DNA of 64,000 bases from Bacteroidales bacterium (GCA_017999895.1 JAGNKY010000016.1:2888-66887); one strand, 5' to 3'. Positions 46,155 to 56,997 are shown, counted from the first letter of the stretch. Numbers and translations are program-made. The notes: a model not told the origin generated them from the sequence alone.

Positions 46155-47570
46155 ATGGCAAGTCTTAAGCTCTTACTGGGAATGGTTCCGGCTACTGAAA
46201 AGATCGAACAAGAAGAAAAAGCCCTCGTATCAGAATTTGAAAAGCTAAAATCTTTTTCAGAATCCAATCAACTGGCGAGATATAATGAACTAAACGACCT
46301 GATTAATTCCGAAGGCTTTAAGCAGAAAAAAAAGGAAATAGAAGGTCTTTCTTATAAAACTTCTGAAGAGTATGCAAAAGAAAAAGAATTTCTTTCTCTT
46401 AAAAAGGCGAAGGATATAGTACTATATTTTAAAACGGTTGAAGGGAATTCTTTGAAAAAATTCAGGGAACTCGATGGCTCAGAAAAAATTAAAAAATACG
46501 AAGAACTCAAACAACTTGTTTCCGACACTGGTTTTAAAGAAAAGATGAAATCGAAAGATTTTGCAGATTCAGACAACGCAAAAAAATTGGCTGAATTCAG
46601 GCAGATGAATTCTTCACCGGAAATAAAGGAGTATTACAAATTCAAATCTTCAAAAGAATATTCCAATTTTTTGAACTTAGACGGTTCAGCCCGGCTGGCC
46701 AGGTATAATGAACTTAAAGACTACGTCGGGACAAAAGAATTCAAGGAAAGGAAAGAATACCTCCTCGACAAAAAGAGATTTGAAAAAACTAATGAATTTA
46801 AACAGTTACAAGAATACTTAAATCTGAAAAATAATCCCGATATAATATGGTATTTTAAAGTAAAAGACAGTAATAAATTTGATGTGCTTAAAAACCGGAA
46901 GCTTGTTTTCAGCGATGAATTTGAAGGCGAAAAAATTGATAAAAACAAATGGCTTACAAATTATTACTGGGGTGAAAAGCTTCTTCACGACCGGTATTCA
47001 CTTGAATCCGACCTTCATTTCTATACTGATAATGGTAATTTTGAAGTGCGAAACAGTTATTTGAAAATCATAACCAAACCACAAAAAATTACAGGTAAGG
47101 CCTGGTCACCAGTTAAAGGCTTCTTTACAAAGGAATTCAGTTATACTTCAGGAATTATAAACACAGGAATTTCTTTCAGACAGAAATATGGAATTTTCTC
47201 TGCAAAGATCAAACTCGGCAATCCAAATGCAAGAAATTCATTCTGGCTTATAGCCGATAAAATAACACCTCATGTAAATATCTGTACAACATCTGATGGA
47301 AATGTCTGGTTAGGTCTGTTTGATGAAAACGGCCGAAAGGTCAAATCTAAATTAGGTTCAAAATTCGCTGCTAAAAGTTTTATTTACACTCTTGAATGGA
47401 CTCCTCAGATGATGGTATGGAAAATCAACGGCATAGAAGCATTGAAGTTAACCGAAAACGTTCCTCAGGAACCTATGTTTGTGAATCTTTCCGGAGGAAC
47501 TACCAGACCTTTGAATGGAATGACTTCTATGGAAATTGATTGGGTTAGAGTGTATCAAATGAAACAATAA
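46155..47570 (+). CDS. protein with an N-terminal helical repeat region and a C-terminal GH16-like/ConA-like beta-sandwich (catalytic motif not evident)
   Basis: 471 aa. The N-terminal half has repeated ..ARYNEL.D.....GFK.KK. units. The C-terminal half (NKWLTNYYWG...SGIINTG..F.QKYGIFSAKIKL...FWL...EWTP..MVWKING...IDWVRVYQ) resembles family 16 glycoside hydrolases, but no ExDxxE is seen. Confidence 0.55.
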   Translation: MASLKLLLGMVPATEKIEQEEKALVSEFEKLKSFSESNQLARYNELNDLINSEGFKQKKKEIEGLSYKTSEEYAKEKEFLSLKKAKDIVLYFKTVEGNSLKKFRELDGSEKIKKYEELKQLVSDTGFKEKMKSKDFADSDNAKKLAEFRQMNSSPEIKEYYKFKSSKEYSNFLNLDGSARLARYNELKDYVGTKEFKERKEYLLDKKRFEKTNEFKQLQEYLNLKNNPDIIWYFKVKDSNKFDVLKNRKLVFSDEFEGEKIDKNKWLTNYYWGEKLLHDRYSLESDLHFYTDNGNFEVRNSYLKIITKPQKITGKAWSPVKGFFTKEFSYTSGIINTGISFRQKYGIFSAKIKLGNPNARNSFWLIADKITPHVNICTTSDGNVWLGLFDENGRKVKSKLGSKFAAKSFIYTLEWTPQMMVWKINGIEALKLTENVPQEPMFVNLSGGTTRPLNGMTSMEIDWVRVYQMKQ

Positions 47571-47592
47571 TTCTTTATTATTTACTGATGAT

Positions 47593-47617
47593 AAAGCTGT
47601 TTTCATCCAACAGCTTT
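47593..47617 (+). terminator. rho-independent terminator-like hairpin
   Basis: AAAGCTGTT-ttcatcc-AACAGCTTT (perfect 9-bp stem) followed by a T-rich run (atattttcc), 23 nt after the stop at 47570. Confidence 0.6.
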
Positions 47618-47681
47618 ATATTTTCCTTTAATTTTTGTAACATTTCGGGGCGATATTCGTCTTTAGCATGAAAAAAATTTC

Positions 47682-48167
47682 ATGACAGTAAAAGAATACA
47701 ATAAAGCTGTCGATTGTTTTTCCGACGGTCTCTGGCGATTTATCCGTAGCAGTCTTAAAGATGACGACAGAGCAAACGATATCGTCCAGGATACCTATGA
47801 AAAATTATGGAAGCATGTAACAGAGATAGATTTTAATGTTGCAAAATCATGGCTTTTTACTACCGCATACAATATTATGATTGATATTATCCGAAGAGAA
47901 AAAAGAGTAATAACTCTCGAGGCTGAACATCAGAAGGAAATGCTGGACGAAACCCATTACACAGGGCTTAATGAAATACTTCATGCTGCCCTCGAAAGGC
48001 TTCCCGAACAGCAAAAAATTTCTGTGCTTCTCAGGGACTATGAAGGGTATTCCTATAAGGAAATTGGAGAAATAACCGGACAAACCGAAGCACAGGTAAA
48101 GATAAATATCTACAGAGGCAGGCTTGCCCTGAAAAATTATATCGGGAAAATTGAAACAGTTATCTGA
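47682..48167 (+). CDS. ECF-type RNA polymerase sigma-70 family factor
   Basis: 161 aa. Region 2 (DIVQDTYEKLW...WLFTTAYNIMIDIIRRE) and region 4 (LPEQQKISVLLRDYEGYSYKEIGEITG). Confidence 0.9.
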   Translation: MTVKEYNKAVDCFSDGLWRFIRSSLKDDDRANDIVQDTYEKLWKHVTEIDFNVAKSWLFTTAYNIMIDIIRREKRVITLEAEHQKEMLDETHYTGLNEILHAALERLPEQQKISVLLRDYEGYSYKEIGEITGQTEAQVKINIYRGRLALKNYIGKIETVI

Positions 48168-49242
48168 AATGAAGCCCGACAGAACAAATTACGAAATATG
48201 GTTAACCAATTATCTCGACGGTCGTCTTGACGACAATCGGTTAAATCTTCTCATGGATTTTCTCGATAAAAATCCTGATATCAGGAAAGAGTTCGAAAAC
48301 ATTCTTTTTTTCAGAATAAAATCTGAAGACAATCCTTTCCCTGGAAAAGAGAGACTTAAAAAAAATCTTTCAGATATTGATGAAGACCAGTTTATTCTTC
48401 TCTGTATAGGCTCACTGGAGAAAGATCTTATTCCTGAACAGGAAAATGAACTTTACCAGATTATCGTTAATGATGAAGAAAAAAAGAAAAACTTTGAAAT
48501 CTTTCAAAAAACAAAACTTCATCCTCCTAAATCAGAGTTCCGATACAAGCACAGACTAAAAAAGCTTTCAACAACCGCAAAAATCGCCCGTTTATCCACG
48601 GCTGCTTTATGTGCTGTAGCTTCAATTGCTTTATTCTTTATTCTTGTTTTTTCACCCCAAAACAAGCAAACTGTTTTACCCGCCGGCAATATTGCAGAAA
48701 GCAAACAGAATCAGACCATAAAGAACGACCCTCTTGAATTTACAGCCGATAAAATAAAACATGAAGCAACTCCAGCTTCAACAGAGACAAATATCATAGA
48801 AACAAAACTTGCACTTCAACCAGTAAAAGAAATAGACTATATTGCGCCGGAAACCTTAGAACAGGGAACTGCAAAGCCTGAAAAGATACTCATTAATAAA
48901 TTAGCCTTTAAAGAAGATATTATCTTGGATAGCTACATGCCAACACAATTATATATTGCAAATGAAAGTATATCACATACATTGATTGACTCTGAAGAGG
49001 ATTCTGAATTAACGAAAAGCCTTATTGTGTTTTTCAGGAAAAAGATTTTAAAAAATCCAATAGTCAGAGATGATGAATTAAAACCATACGAAATTGCCGA
49101 AGCAGGAATAACCGGACTCAATAAACTATTAGGATGGCAAATGGTATTGAATCAGCGTACTGATGAAGCGGGCGAAATTATTTCGTTAAATTTCAATTCA
49201 AAGCTGCTTAAATTAAATCTTCCTGTTAAAAAATCTGAATAA
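48151..49242 (+). CDS. putative anti-sigma factor (single-pass membrane protein)
   Basis: Overlaps or abuts the sigma gene (an alternative start is at 48169). The N-terminus (YEIWLTNYLDGRLDDNRLNLLMDFLDKNPDIRKEF) is anti-sigma-like. There is a central TM helix (AALCAVASIALFFILVF). Confidence 0.5.
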   Translation: MKQLSEMKPDRTNYEIWLTNYLDGRLDDNRLNLLMDFLDKNPDIRKEFENILFFRIKSEDNPFPGKERLKKNLSDIDEDQFILLCIGSLEKDLIPEQENELYQIIVNDEEKKKNFEIFQKTKLHPPKSEFRYKHRLKKLSTTAKIARLSTAALCAVASIALFFILVFSPQNKQTVLPAGNIAESKQNQTIKNDPLEFTADKIKHEATPASTETNIIETKLALQPVKEIDYIAPETLEQGTAKPEKILINKLAFKEDIILDSYMPTQLYIANESISHTLIDSEEDSELTKSLIVFFRKKILKNPIVRDDELKPYEIAEAGITGLNKLLGWQMVLNQRTDEAGEIISLNFNSKLLKLNLPVKKSE

Positions 49243-49303
49243 GGCTATGTAACAATAATAACTCTCAAGTCGTCTCATCAATGAAATATAATTTAAACTA
49301 AAA

Positions 49304-50251
49304 ATGAAAAAAATAACAATAATTCTTGTGGTTGCAAATATTATATTGCAGGCTTTCGGTCAGGAAGTAATTTCAAAAGAAAATGAAAAAACAGAAAATC
49401 AGAACTCAATTGATGAAAAGACAGTTTTGACTATCGGAGACAACCTCATCATTATTGAGGACGCTAAAGATTCTTTGAGAATAAGAATTGGAAACAGAGG
49501 ACTTGAAATACTCGAATCGCTTGAAGGAAGCTCCAAAATTCATTTTGAAAAATATAATATCAATGAACCCGAAGACAATTATACCTCTACTTGTAGTACA
49601 AGTATAACAAAAAGGCCTACCAAAAAATTCAAAGGACATCTATCGGGGATCGAATTAGGATTTAACGGACTTCTTTCTGAAGATAATAGTTTTTCAATGC
49701 CTTCCGATATTGATTATATGAATCTTCATACAGGTAAATCAATATGTTTCAATATTAGTCCTTTACAGGAAAGCTTTGGATTTACGCGACATTTTGGGCT
49801 TGTCACCGGAATGGGTCTTAACTGGAACAATTACCGATTCGATGGAAATAATAATATTGTCAAAGGAGCCGATGGAACTATTTCAGAATTTGTTCCGGAT
49901 GAAATATTAAAAAAATCGAAATTAACCACGCTTTATCTTACTGTTCCCGTATTACTCGAAATTCAGATTCCTACCGACAACAAGCAGCTTAATTTCGGAG
50001 GAGGTATTATTGGCGCTGTAAAACTTGGCTCGCATAGTAAAATGGTTAACAAAAATGGCGACAAAGTAAAATCGAACGATGATTTCAGTCTGAACATTCT
50101 TAGGCTTGGTTTTACTGCACGGGCAGGTTTCGAAAACCTTAACATCTACGGCACATATTATATAACTTCCTTATTCCAAAGCGGCAAAGGTCCCGGAGGA
50201 TACAATCTTTATCCTTTTGAAATAGGATTAGCTCTCACTTTCAACGACTGA
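49304..50251 (+). CDS. putative outer-membrane beta-barrel protein
   Basis: 315 aa. Signal peptide, alternating beta pattern, and a C-terminal aromatic-rich end (YPFEIGLALTFND). Confidence 0.55.
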   Translation: MKKITIILVVANIILQAFGQEVISKENEKTENQNSIDEKTVLTIGDNLIIIEDAKDSLRIRIGNRGLEILESLEGSSKIHFEKYNINEPEDNYTSTCSTSITKRPTKKFKGHLSGIELGFNGLLSEDNSFSMPSDIDYMNLHTGKSICFNISPLQESFGFTRHFGLVTGMGLNWNNYRFDGNNNIVKGADGTISEFVPDEILKKSKLTTLYLTVPVLLEIQIPTDNKQLNFGGGIIGAVKLGSHSKMVNKNGDKVKSNDDFSLNILRLGFTARAGFENLNIYGTYYITSLFQSGKGPGGYNLYPFEIGLALTFND

Positions 50252-50292
50252 CAAATCTTAATTTCATAAGGACTTTCAAAACAATTATTTAT

Positions 50293-51648
50293 TTATTTTA
50301 TCGATTCAAAGCCAAGCTTTTTTAGTCCGGCTTTTATTTCTGGACAACTCATGAATAAATTCCATAAAAGGCCTGTCCTATAGTTCTCAATCATCACAAC
50401 AATTGGCCCCTCGTCAATTGCCAGATATCTCTGAGGGAACCAGTCAGACTGCTCAGAGAATGCATCGTAAAATCCGTATTTACCCCAGATTTTGCTTCCA
50501 AGCTCAAAATAAAAATGTCTGATAGCTGCCATTGACTTATCTGGTGTATAGGGTATTGAAGAGACGGCTGCAGTGGGAGATATTACTCCGAGGTCAGTGC
50601 CGGGGCCGGGGCGATGAGCAAAATATCCTCCGGGTGAATAACTTGCAGTAAGACCCCAGCACTTCTCGCCATATCCTTTATAATTGCCCGGATTTAGTGA
50701 GCACCATTTCCAGTTAATAAGTGTATGATTTACATTTTCCTGCCAGTAGTCAGCATATATGTCCTTCAATAGCATAGGATTAGGCCCGAGATAAGAATAG
50801 TGAGCCCAAAAAAGTGGACCTCCATATTCCGTTGCCCCGTCATGTTTCAGCCTCAGAGTGTATCCATAAGGGCTTGTATAACCGTTTATATCTCCACCCT
50901 TCGCCCAGCCCTGATGGTAAACATCCGGGCCTATAGAATGTGAAGGTGAAGAAGCCGCCAGTATATAAAGAATCAGGCATTCATTATAACCTCTGACCTG
51001 GTGATTCATTTCCCAGCCGTAATCTGGTGACCAATGCCAGTAAAGAATATCTTCTCCACCTCGAGTAAACCAGTCCCATTCGACTGCCTTCCATAAAGAA
51101 TCAATTTTACCTGCCAGCTTTCGTTCATCGAAAGAGCCTTTCATGAGATATTGTCTCGCAGTAAGAAGTCCCTGCATAAGATATGCTGTTTCAACTATGT
51201 CGGCACCATCATCTTTTGATGAAAATGGTTTTACTTTCCCTGTTTCACCATAAAGCCAATGTGGAAAAGCACCATGGAATCTGTCGGCTCCGTTTAGAAA
51301 ATTCACTATTTTCCATAATTGAAATACACCATCCTGCCTTGAAATAAAACCTCTGTCAATACCTGCAATAATAGCCATAATTCCGAAACCTGAGCCTCCA
51401 GTCGTAACTACATTCATATCGTTCTCCGGATATATTCCATCCACATGATATCTCTCCCTGGCCATCCCTGAAACCGGTTCGGCACCGTCAACGAAATACT
51501 GCAAAGTCATAAACTGGACAAGCGAAAGAAGTGAATCGTCACTTAATTCCTGAAATTCATCCGTTGATAAACCTATTTTATGGTTTTGATTGCATAATGT
51601 AACAAATACTGTCAATAGAACTAAGGCTAAGGCTAAAACATTTTTCAT
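50293..51648 (-). CDS. glucoamylase-family / beta-1,2-glucanase-like (alpha/alpha)6-barrel protein
   Basis: Start moved to MKNVLALALVLL (51648). LQYFVDGAEPVSGMARERY...TTGGSGFGIMAII...ETAYLMQGLLTARQY resembles the DUF3131/GH144-type family. Confidence 0.6.
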   Translation of the reverse strand: MKNVLALALVLLTVFVTLCNQNHKIGLSTDEFQELSDDSLLSLVQFMTLQYFVDGAEPVSGMARERYHVDGIYPENDMNVVTTGGSGFGIMAIIAGIDRGFISRQDGVFQLWKIVNFLNGADRFHGAFPHWLYGETGKVKPFSSKDDGADIVETAYLMQGLLTARQYLMKGSFDERKLAGKIDSLWKAVEWDWFTRGGEDILYWHWSPDYGWEMNHQVRGYNECLILYILAASSPSHSIGPDVYHQGWAKGGDINGYTSPYGYTLRLKHDGATEYGGPLFWAHYSYLGPNPMLLKDIYADYWQENVNHTLINWKWCSLNPGNYKGYGEKCWGLTASYSPGGYFAHRPGPGTDLGVISPTAAVSSIPYTPDKSMAAIRHFYFELGSKIWGKYGFYDAFSEQSDWFPQRYLAIDEGPIVVMIENYRTGLLWNLFMSCPEIKAGLKKLGFESIK

Positions 51649-51923
51649 AACTATCATTAAAATATATAGATATAAAGTTATTGAAATAATTGACAATCTA
51701 TTTCCAAAGCAAATAGTTTCTGCTATATTATTATGAACATCGCCATACAACAACCTTAATATGAAGCTGACATAATATATATCTTTGCATCAATATAATT
51801 TAATAAAATGAAACCATTCTGTCTATTTGAAGCGGATATGTTATTACTCGTTGGTTACGAAGGAATAATTAAAATAAAAAATAACATTTAATGATTTGAA
51901 ATCGTTTCAACCGAACATTATAA

Positions 51924-54539
51924 ATGAAACTTGCAATAAAAATATTGTTCTGGTGCGCGACGGTGATAATAATTTTATCTTCCTCATTGATTATTACTGC
52001 AATAGTATATCAGGATAAAGTTGTTAATACTTTCATTGAAGCTGCCAACAAAAGAATTTCGACCAGAACAACGATCGAAAGCCATAAATTATCTTTACTT
52101 CGCAGGTTCCCCAAGGCTTCAATAGAACTTAAAAATGTTACTGTTTTTTCTTCAGCATCTTTCGACAAAAGCCATTTCAAAGAATATAATACTGACACAC
52201 TTCTGAATGCAGGGTTGATAACTCTTGAATTCAGCCTTCCCAACATTGTTAATGGTAATTATTTGATTGAAAGCACTACAATATCGGACGGTACACTTAA
52301 TCTCTTCTCCGACACTTATGGGGGAGTTAACTACGCTATCTCCTCAGGGAAAACCGGAAACGGCAACTTTGCAATAGATCTCGAGAAAGTAATTATCAAA
52401 AACCTGGAAGTAAATTATTACAACAAGGCCACAAACCTTAATATATCGGGGAAAATAGGACATGGAAAACTCCGGAGCAAAATCGCAGGTACAAATATTG
52501 ATTTCATTTGCTCGGCCGATATAAAAATCAACGAATTCAAACTCTATTCCACGATATTAAACCCAGTTGCCGATATTTCTGTTGATGTGAATCTAAGCAG
52601 TTCCGGATCCGAAATTACTTTCAGAAAAGGAATAGCTAAGCTTGAAGGATTTTCATTCGATGTATCGGGATATATTCATCCTCGAAAAGATTTGTTTTTA
52701 AAAATAACTGGAAATGAGATAAACCTTTCACGTATAAAAAAATATATCCCTCAAAAATATCTCGATAAAGTACGTGAATATTCTCCTGGCGGAATAATGA
52801 AAGCCGAATGCATTATTTCCGGTCCTATTAGCCGTACCAAAAATCTTAAGACAGATATAAGTTTTTCACTGGAAAAAGGAAATATATATTATAAGAAATC
52901 AGATGTTCAGCTTAAGAACTTATGCTTTTCGGGAACTTACACTAACGGTAAACAAGCTCGTCCGGAAACAACAAGACTCGATATAAAAAACTGCTCCTTC
53001 GACTTAGGCAGTGCGTCGTGGTTGACAACTTTCTCTATAACCGACTTTAAACAGCCTGTTATATCGGGAAACTTTTCAGGCGATATAATTCCAGCAGAAC
53101 TCTTGAAATTTATAAAAATTCCAGGATTGATTTCCGCTGAAGGCTCCATGAAGTTGAAACTTGAACTTTATGGGCCTTTGAGAAAAAATGTAAAATATTC
53201 AATTTCTGATTTTCCTGAATTGATTCATAAAGCCCAAATTGGATTCGATTCTTTTGGCATTACCCATAGTGACGACAGATATTCTTTCAATAATGCTTAC
53301 GGAAATATTGTTATTGATGAAAATTTGCAAGCTGAAGAGGTTATCTTTTCATATAAAGGCCAGCGTTTTAAAATTGACGGTGAATTCATAAATCTGCTTC
53401 AACGACTTGCAGGCAGGCAGGTTAATCTGAGAGTAATTGCCGATATCTCGGCCTCGGATTTCAATCCGTCGCTATTTGTTACTCCGCAGTATAGTCAGAA
53501 AAACAAACGACTTCCAGAAATAATAATGCCCTCAAATATTGAAACGGATATAAATTTAAAGATTGGAAACTTTATATATAACAATTTCAGAGCTGAAAAT
53601 CTTTATGGCAAAATAGTTTATAAACCCGGCCGGCTTAACTTCCGAAACTTTTCGGCAAATACTCTCGATGGTGTTGTTGATGGTAATTTCATACTTGCTG
53701 AAAGCAAAGGGAAGTCCTTCCTCAGTCAGGGTATTTTCCGGATAGAAAATATCGACATAAAAAAATGTTTTGCTTCATTTAATAACTTCGGTCAGAATTT
53801 TTTGCGCTCTGAACATATTTCAGGTTTACTTTCAGGTACGTTTAAAATTCTTATTCCGTTGGATTCTCTCATGCACCCGATTGTAAAAACTATAGTTGCC
53901 GAAGGAAAATATACTATCCAGAATGGGGCACTTACAGCTTTTGAACCTGCAAGGGCTCTATCAAAATACATTGACATAAAAGAGCTCGAAAATATCTCTT
54001 TTTCGAAGATCGAAAATAATCTCTTAATTAATAACTACTCCCTCTCAATTCCCCAGATGGACATATATTCTTCTGCCGCAGATTTTACTATTAACGGCAC
54101 TCATTCGTTCGATAATATTTTTGAATATCATGTTAAAATATATCTTTCGGAATTGCTTTCAGGTAAAATCAAAAAGAAGAAACAATCTTCAACAGAATTC
54201 GGATATGTTGAAGATGATGGACTTGGGCGCACCTCTTTGTTCCTTAAAATAACAGGGAAAGGTGAAAATGTTAAAGTTATGTATGATATTAAAGCAGCTG
54301 AAAATAATATCCGGAAAAGTTTTACAAATGAAAAAAGCAATCTTAAAAATATACTTAACCAGGAGTATGGCTGGTATGAAAATGACACATCAATTACAAA
54401 CGAAGCTGAATCCCGGCCTAAATTCAAAATTGAATGGTCTGAAACTGACAATAGTGAATACCGGCAGGATACGGTTCCTGTAAAGAAAGAGAATACCCTG
54501 AATCGTATTTTCAGGAAGATAAAAATTAATAACCAGTAA
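51924..54539 (+). CDS. AsmA-family protein
   Basis: 871 aa. A single N-terminal TM anchor and a long beta-rich repetitive body, which is typical AsmA/TamB-like architecture. Confidence 0.6.
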   Translation: MKLAIKILFWCATVIIILSSSLIITAIVYQDKVVNTFIEAANKRISTRTTIESHKLSLLRRFPKASIELKNVTVFSSASFDKSHFKEYNTDTLLNAGLITLEFSLPNIVNGNYLIESTTISDGTLNLFSDTYGGVNYAISSGKTGNGNFAIDLEKVIIKNLEVNYYNKATNLNISGKIGHGKLRSKIAGTNIDFICSADIKINEFKLYSTILNPVADISVDVNLSSSGSEITFRKGIAKLEGFSFDVSGYIHPRKDLFLKITGNEINLSRIKKYIPQKYLDKVREYSPGGIMKAECIISGPISRTKNLKTDISFSLEKGNIYYKKSDVQLKNLCFSGTYTNGKQARPETTRLDIKNCSFDLGSASWLTTFSITDFKQPVISGNFSGDIIPAELLKFIKIPGLISAEGSMKLKLELYGPLRKNVKYSISDFPELIHKAQIGFDSFGITHSDDRYSFNNAYGNIVIDENLQAEEVIFSYKGQRFKIDGEFINLLQRLAGRQVNLRVIADISASDFNPSLFVTPQYSQKNKRLPEIIMPSNIETDINLKIGNFIYNNFRAENLYGKIVYKPGRLNFRNFSANTLDGVVDGNFILAESKGKSFLSQGIFRIENIDIKKCFASFNNFGQNFLRSEHISGLLSGTFKILIPLDSLMHPIVKTIVAEGKYTIQNGALTAFEPARALSKYIDIKELENISFSKIENNLLINNYSLSIPQMDIYSSAADFTINGTHSFDNIFEYHVKIYLSELLSGKIKKKKQSSTEFGYVEDDGLGRTSLFLKITGKGENVKVMYDIKAAENNIRKSFTNEKSNLKNILNQEYGWYENDTSITNEAESRPKFKIEWSETDNSEYRQDTVPVKKENTLNRIFRKIKINNQ

Positions 54540-54550
54540 AAGCATTAAAA

Positions 54551-55705
54551 ATGAATGTTTACCGGCATAAAACCATCTGGAAGCTTGCATTACTGCTCTT
54601 TGCAGTTGGAATCGGACTCTTTTCCTTCTATTATACCTATACTCTGGTAAAAAATCTTAAAGCTGAAGAGAGGAAGAAAATGGAAATATGGGCTGAAGCA
54701 ATACGTCAGTTTAGTTCCGCTTCAGGTGAAGAAAATAATTTGGAATTCCTGACATCTATAATTGAAAACAATAAAACTATTCCCGTTATTCTTACTGATG
54801 GCAGGGATTCCATTATTTCTTCAAACAATTATGACTCGCTAAGGGTTGCTGAACCTGGTTTTCTCCAAAAGAGATTAAACAAAATAAAGGAAAAATCCGA
54901 TCCAATAGTTATAGAAATACCTGGCGGACAAATAAATCGTATCTATTATGAAGATAGCATTATATTGAAAAAACTTTTTTACTATCCTATTGTCCAATTT
55001 AGTATAATAGTGCTGTTTATTATTGTTTCGTATCTGGCTTTCGATTCATCGAGGAAGGCCGAACAAAATCAGTTGTGGGTCGGGATGTCTAAAGAAACCG
55101 CACACCAGCTTGGCACGCCAGTTTCATCACTTGCAGGCTGGATTGAAATGTTGCGCGACAGGCATCCTGAAATACCTTTTACAGAAGAAATGACCAGGGA
55201 TGTCGGACGTCTTGAAAAAATAACGGAACGGTTTTCCAGAATAGGCTCACATCCTGAACTTAAAAAGGGGAATATCATACCTGTAATCAAGGAAACTATT
55301 GATTATCTCAGTATGCGGGCTTCATCAAAAACTGAATTTATAACCGAATATGATCCTCTTGCAGAAATTATTGTCAAACATAATGAAGCCCTTTTTTCCT
55401 GGGTTATTGAGAACGTTTGTAAAAATGCCATAGATGCTATTGACGGCGAAGGAAAAATAACCGTTTCAGTAACCACAGCTAAGAATTATTGTATTATTGA
55501 CATTAAAGACAATGGTCGAGGCATTCCACGGTCGGCACATAAAAAAATATTCACACCGGGATTTACTACTAAACAGAGAGGCTGGGGTCTTGGCCTTTCC
55601 ATAGCAAAAAGAATAATTGAAGAATACCATAAAGGGAAAATTTTTGTAAAATATTCTGAACCAGGCATAGGCACATGTATAAGAATAATATTGAAAAAAG
55701 AGTAA
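54551..55705 (+). CDS. sensor histidine kinase
   Basis: 384 aa. Two TM helices, H-box ETAHQLGTPVSSLAGW, N-box VCKNAIDAI, G-boxes DNGRGIP and GWGLGLSIAKRI. Confidence 0.9.
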   Translation: MNVYRHKTIWKLALLLFAVGIGLFSFYYTYTLVKNLKAEERKKMEIWAEAIRQFSSASGEENNLEFLTSIIENNKTIPVILTDGRDSIISSNNYDSLRVAEPGFLQKRLNKIKEKSDPIVIEIPGGQINRIYYEDSIILKKLFYYPIVQFSIIVLFIIVSYLAFDSSRKAEQNQLWVGMSKETAHQLGTPVSSLAGWIEMLRDRHPEIPFTEEMTRDVGRLEKITERFSRIGSHPELKKGNIIPVIKETIDYLSMRASSKTEFITEYDPLAEIIVKHNEALFSWVIENVCKNAIDAIDGEGKITVSVTTAKNYCIIDIKDNGRGIPRSAHKKIFTPGFTTKQRGWGLGLSIAKRIIEEYHKGKIFVKYSEPGIGTCIRIILKKE

Positions 55706-55743
55706 AAAACTCTTAATAACTAAAGTATTATTTTCTATGGAAT

Positions 55744-56997
55744 ATGAGAAGAAAGGATATTGAAATAAGTTCACCGGCAGGCAACTGGGACTCGCTCACT
55801 GCAGCTGCTCAGGGAAATGCCGATTCTATATACTTTGGTATTGGACATCTTAACATGCGGGCTGCATCATCAGGTAATTTTTCGCCTGAAGACTTACCTG
55901 AAATAGTTTCATTTTGTAATAAGCATGGCTTGAAATCATATCTTACATTGAATGTAATTATTTATGAAGACGAAATTGATTCAATGAAAAGAATTATTGA
56001 TTCAGCAAAAGTCAATGGGGTTACGGCAGTTATCGCTTCCGACCAGTCGGTAATTGACTATGCTGCCTCCCAGGGAATGGAGGTTCACCTTTCAACACAG
56101 CTTAACATAACCAATTCATATTCTATAGAATTTTATTCGAAGTGGGCCGGTACTGCAGTTCTTGCAAGAGAACTTACACTCAGCCGGATAAAACATATAA
56201 CATCCGAGATTGAAAAAAGGGGCATAAGAGGCCCTGACGGAAAACCTTTCCGTATAGAAATATTTGCTCATGGAGCACTCTGTATGGCAATATCCGGAAA
56301 ATGCTATCTCAGCTTGCACGAATATAACATATCGGCAAATAGAGGCGAATGCAACCAGACCTGCAGAAGATCCTACCTCGTTACTGACAAAGAGACGGGT
56401 TATGAGTTGGAAATAGATAATCAATATATAATGTCGCCAAAAGATCTTTGCACCATAGGTTTCCTTGACAAAATAGTTAATTCGGGTGTGAAAATCCTTA
56501 AAATTGAAGGCAGAGCAAGGTCGCCCGAATATGTCAGAACAGTAACCTCATGTTATGATGAAGCTCTCAAAGCCCTGGAAGAAGGCAAATATACAAAAGA
56601 TAGGATAGATGAATGGATGATGCGACTTTCAACAGTCTTTAACCGTGGTTTTTGGGACGGTTATTATCTTGGCCGTAAAATTGGAGAATGGAGTGATAAA
56701 TACGGCTCAAATGCGACGATGGAAAAGATATATCTTGGTAAGGTAACCAATTATTTTACAAAGCCCGGCGTTGCCGAGATAAAACTTGAAAACGGCGATC
56801 TCACCGTAGGTGACACAGTTCTTATTACAGGCCCAACAACCGGAGCTCTTGAATTCACAGTGAATGAGATACGTGTTGACCTGAAGGCAATCGCCAAAGC
56901 TATTAAAGGGAGTTACTGTTCGGTTAAGATTGATCACCATCTAAGAACTTCAGATAAAGTTTTTAAATGGGAAAAAAAGATTAATTGTTGTAGCTGA
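55744..56997 (+). CDS. peptidase U32 family protein
   Basis: 417 aa. EISSPAGNW..L.AA...GADSIYFG and EIFAHGALCMAISGKCYLS. Confidence 0.9.
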   Translation: MRRKDIEISSPAGNWDSLTAAAQGNADSIYFGIGHLNMRAASSGNFSPEDLPEIVSFCNKHGLKSYLTLNVIIYEDEIDSMKRIIDSAKVNGVTAVIASDQSVIDYAASQGMEVHLSTQLNITNSYSIEFYSKWAGTAVLARELTLSRIKHITSEIEKRGIRGPDGKPFRIEIFAHGALCMAISGKCYLSLHEYNISANRGECNQTCRRSYLVTDKETGYELEIDNQYIMSPKDLCTIGFLDKIVNSGVKILKIEGRARSPEYVRTVTSCYDEALKALEEGKYTKDRIDEWMMRLSTVFNRGFWDGYYLGRKIGEWSDKYGSNATMEKIYLGKVTNYFTKPGVAEIKLENGDLTVGDTVLITGPTTGALEFTVNEIRVDLKAIAKAIKGSYCSVKIDHHLRTSDKVFKWEKKINCCS

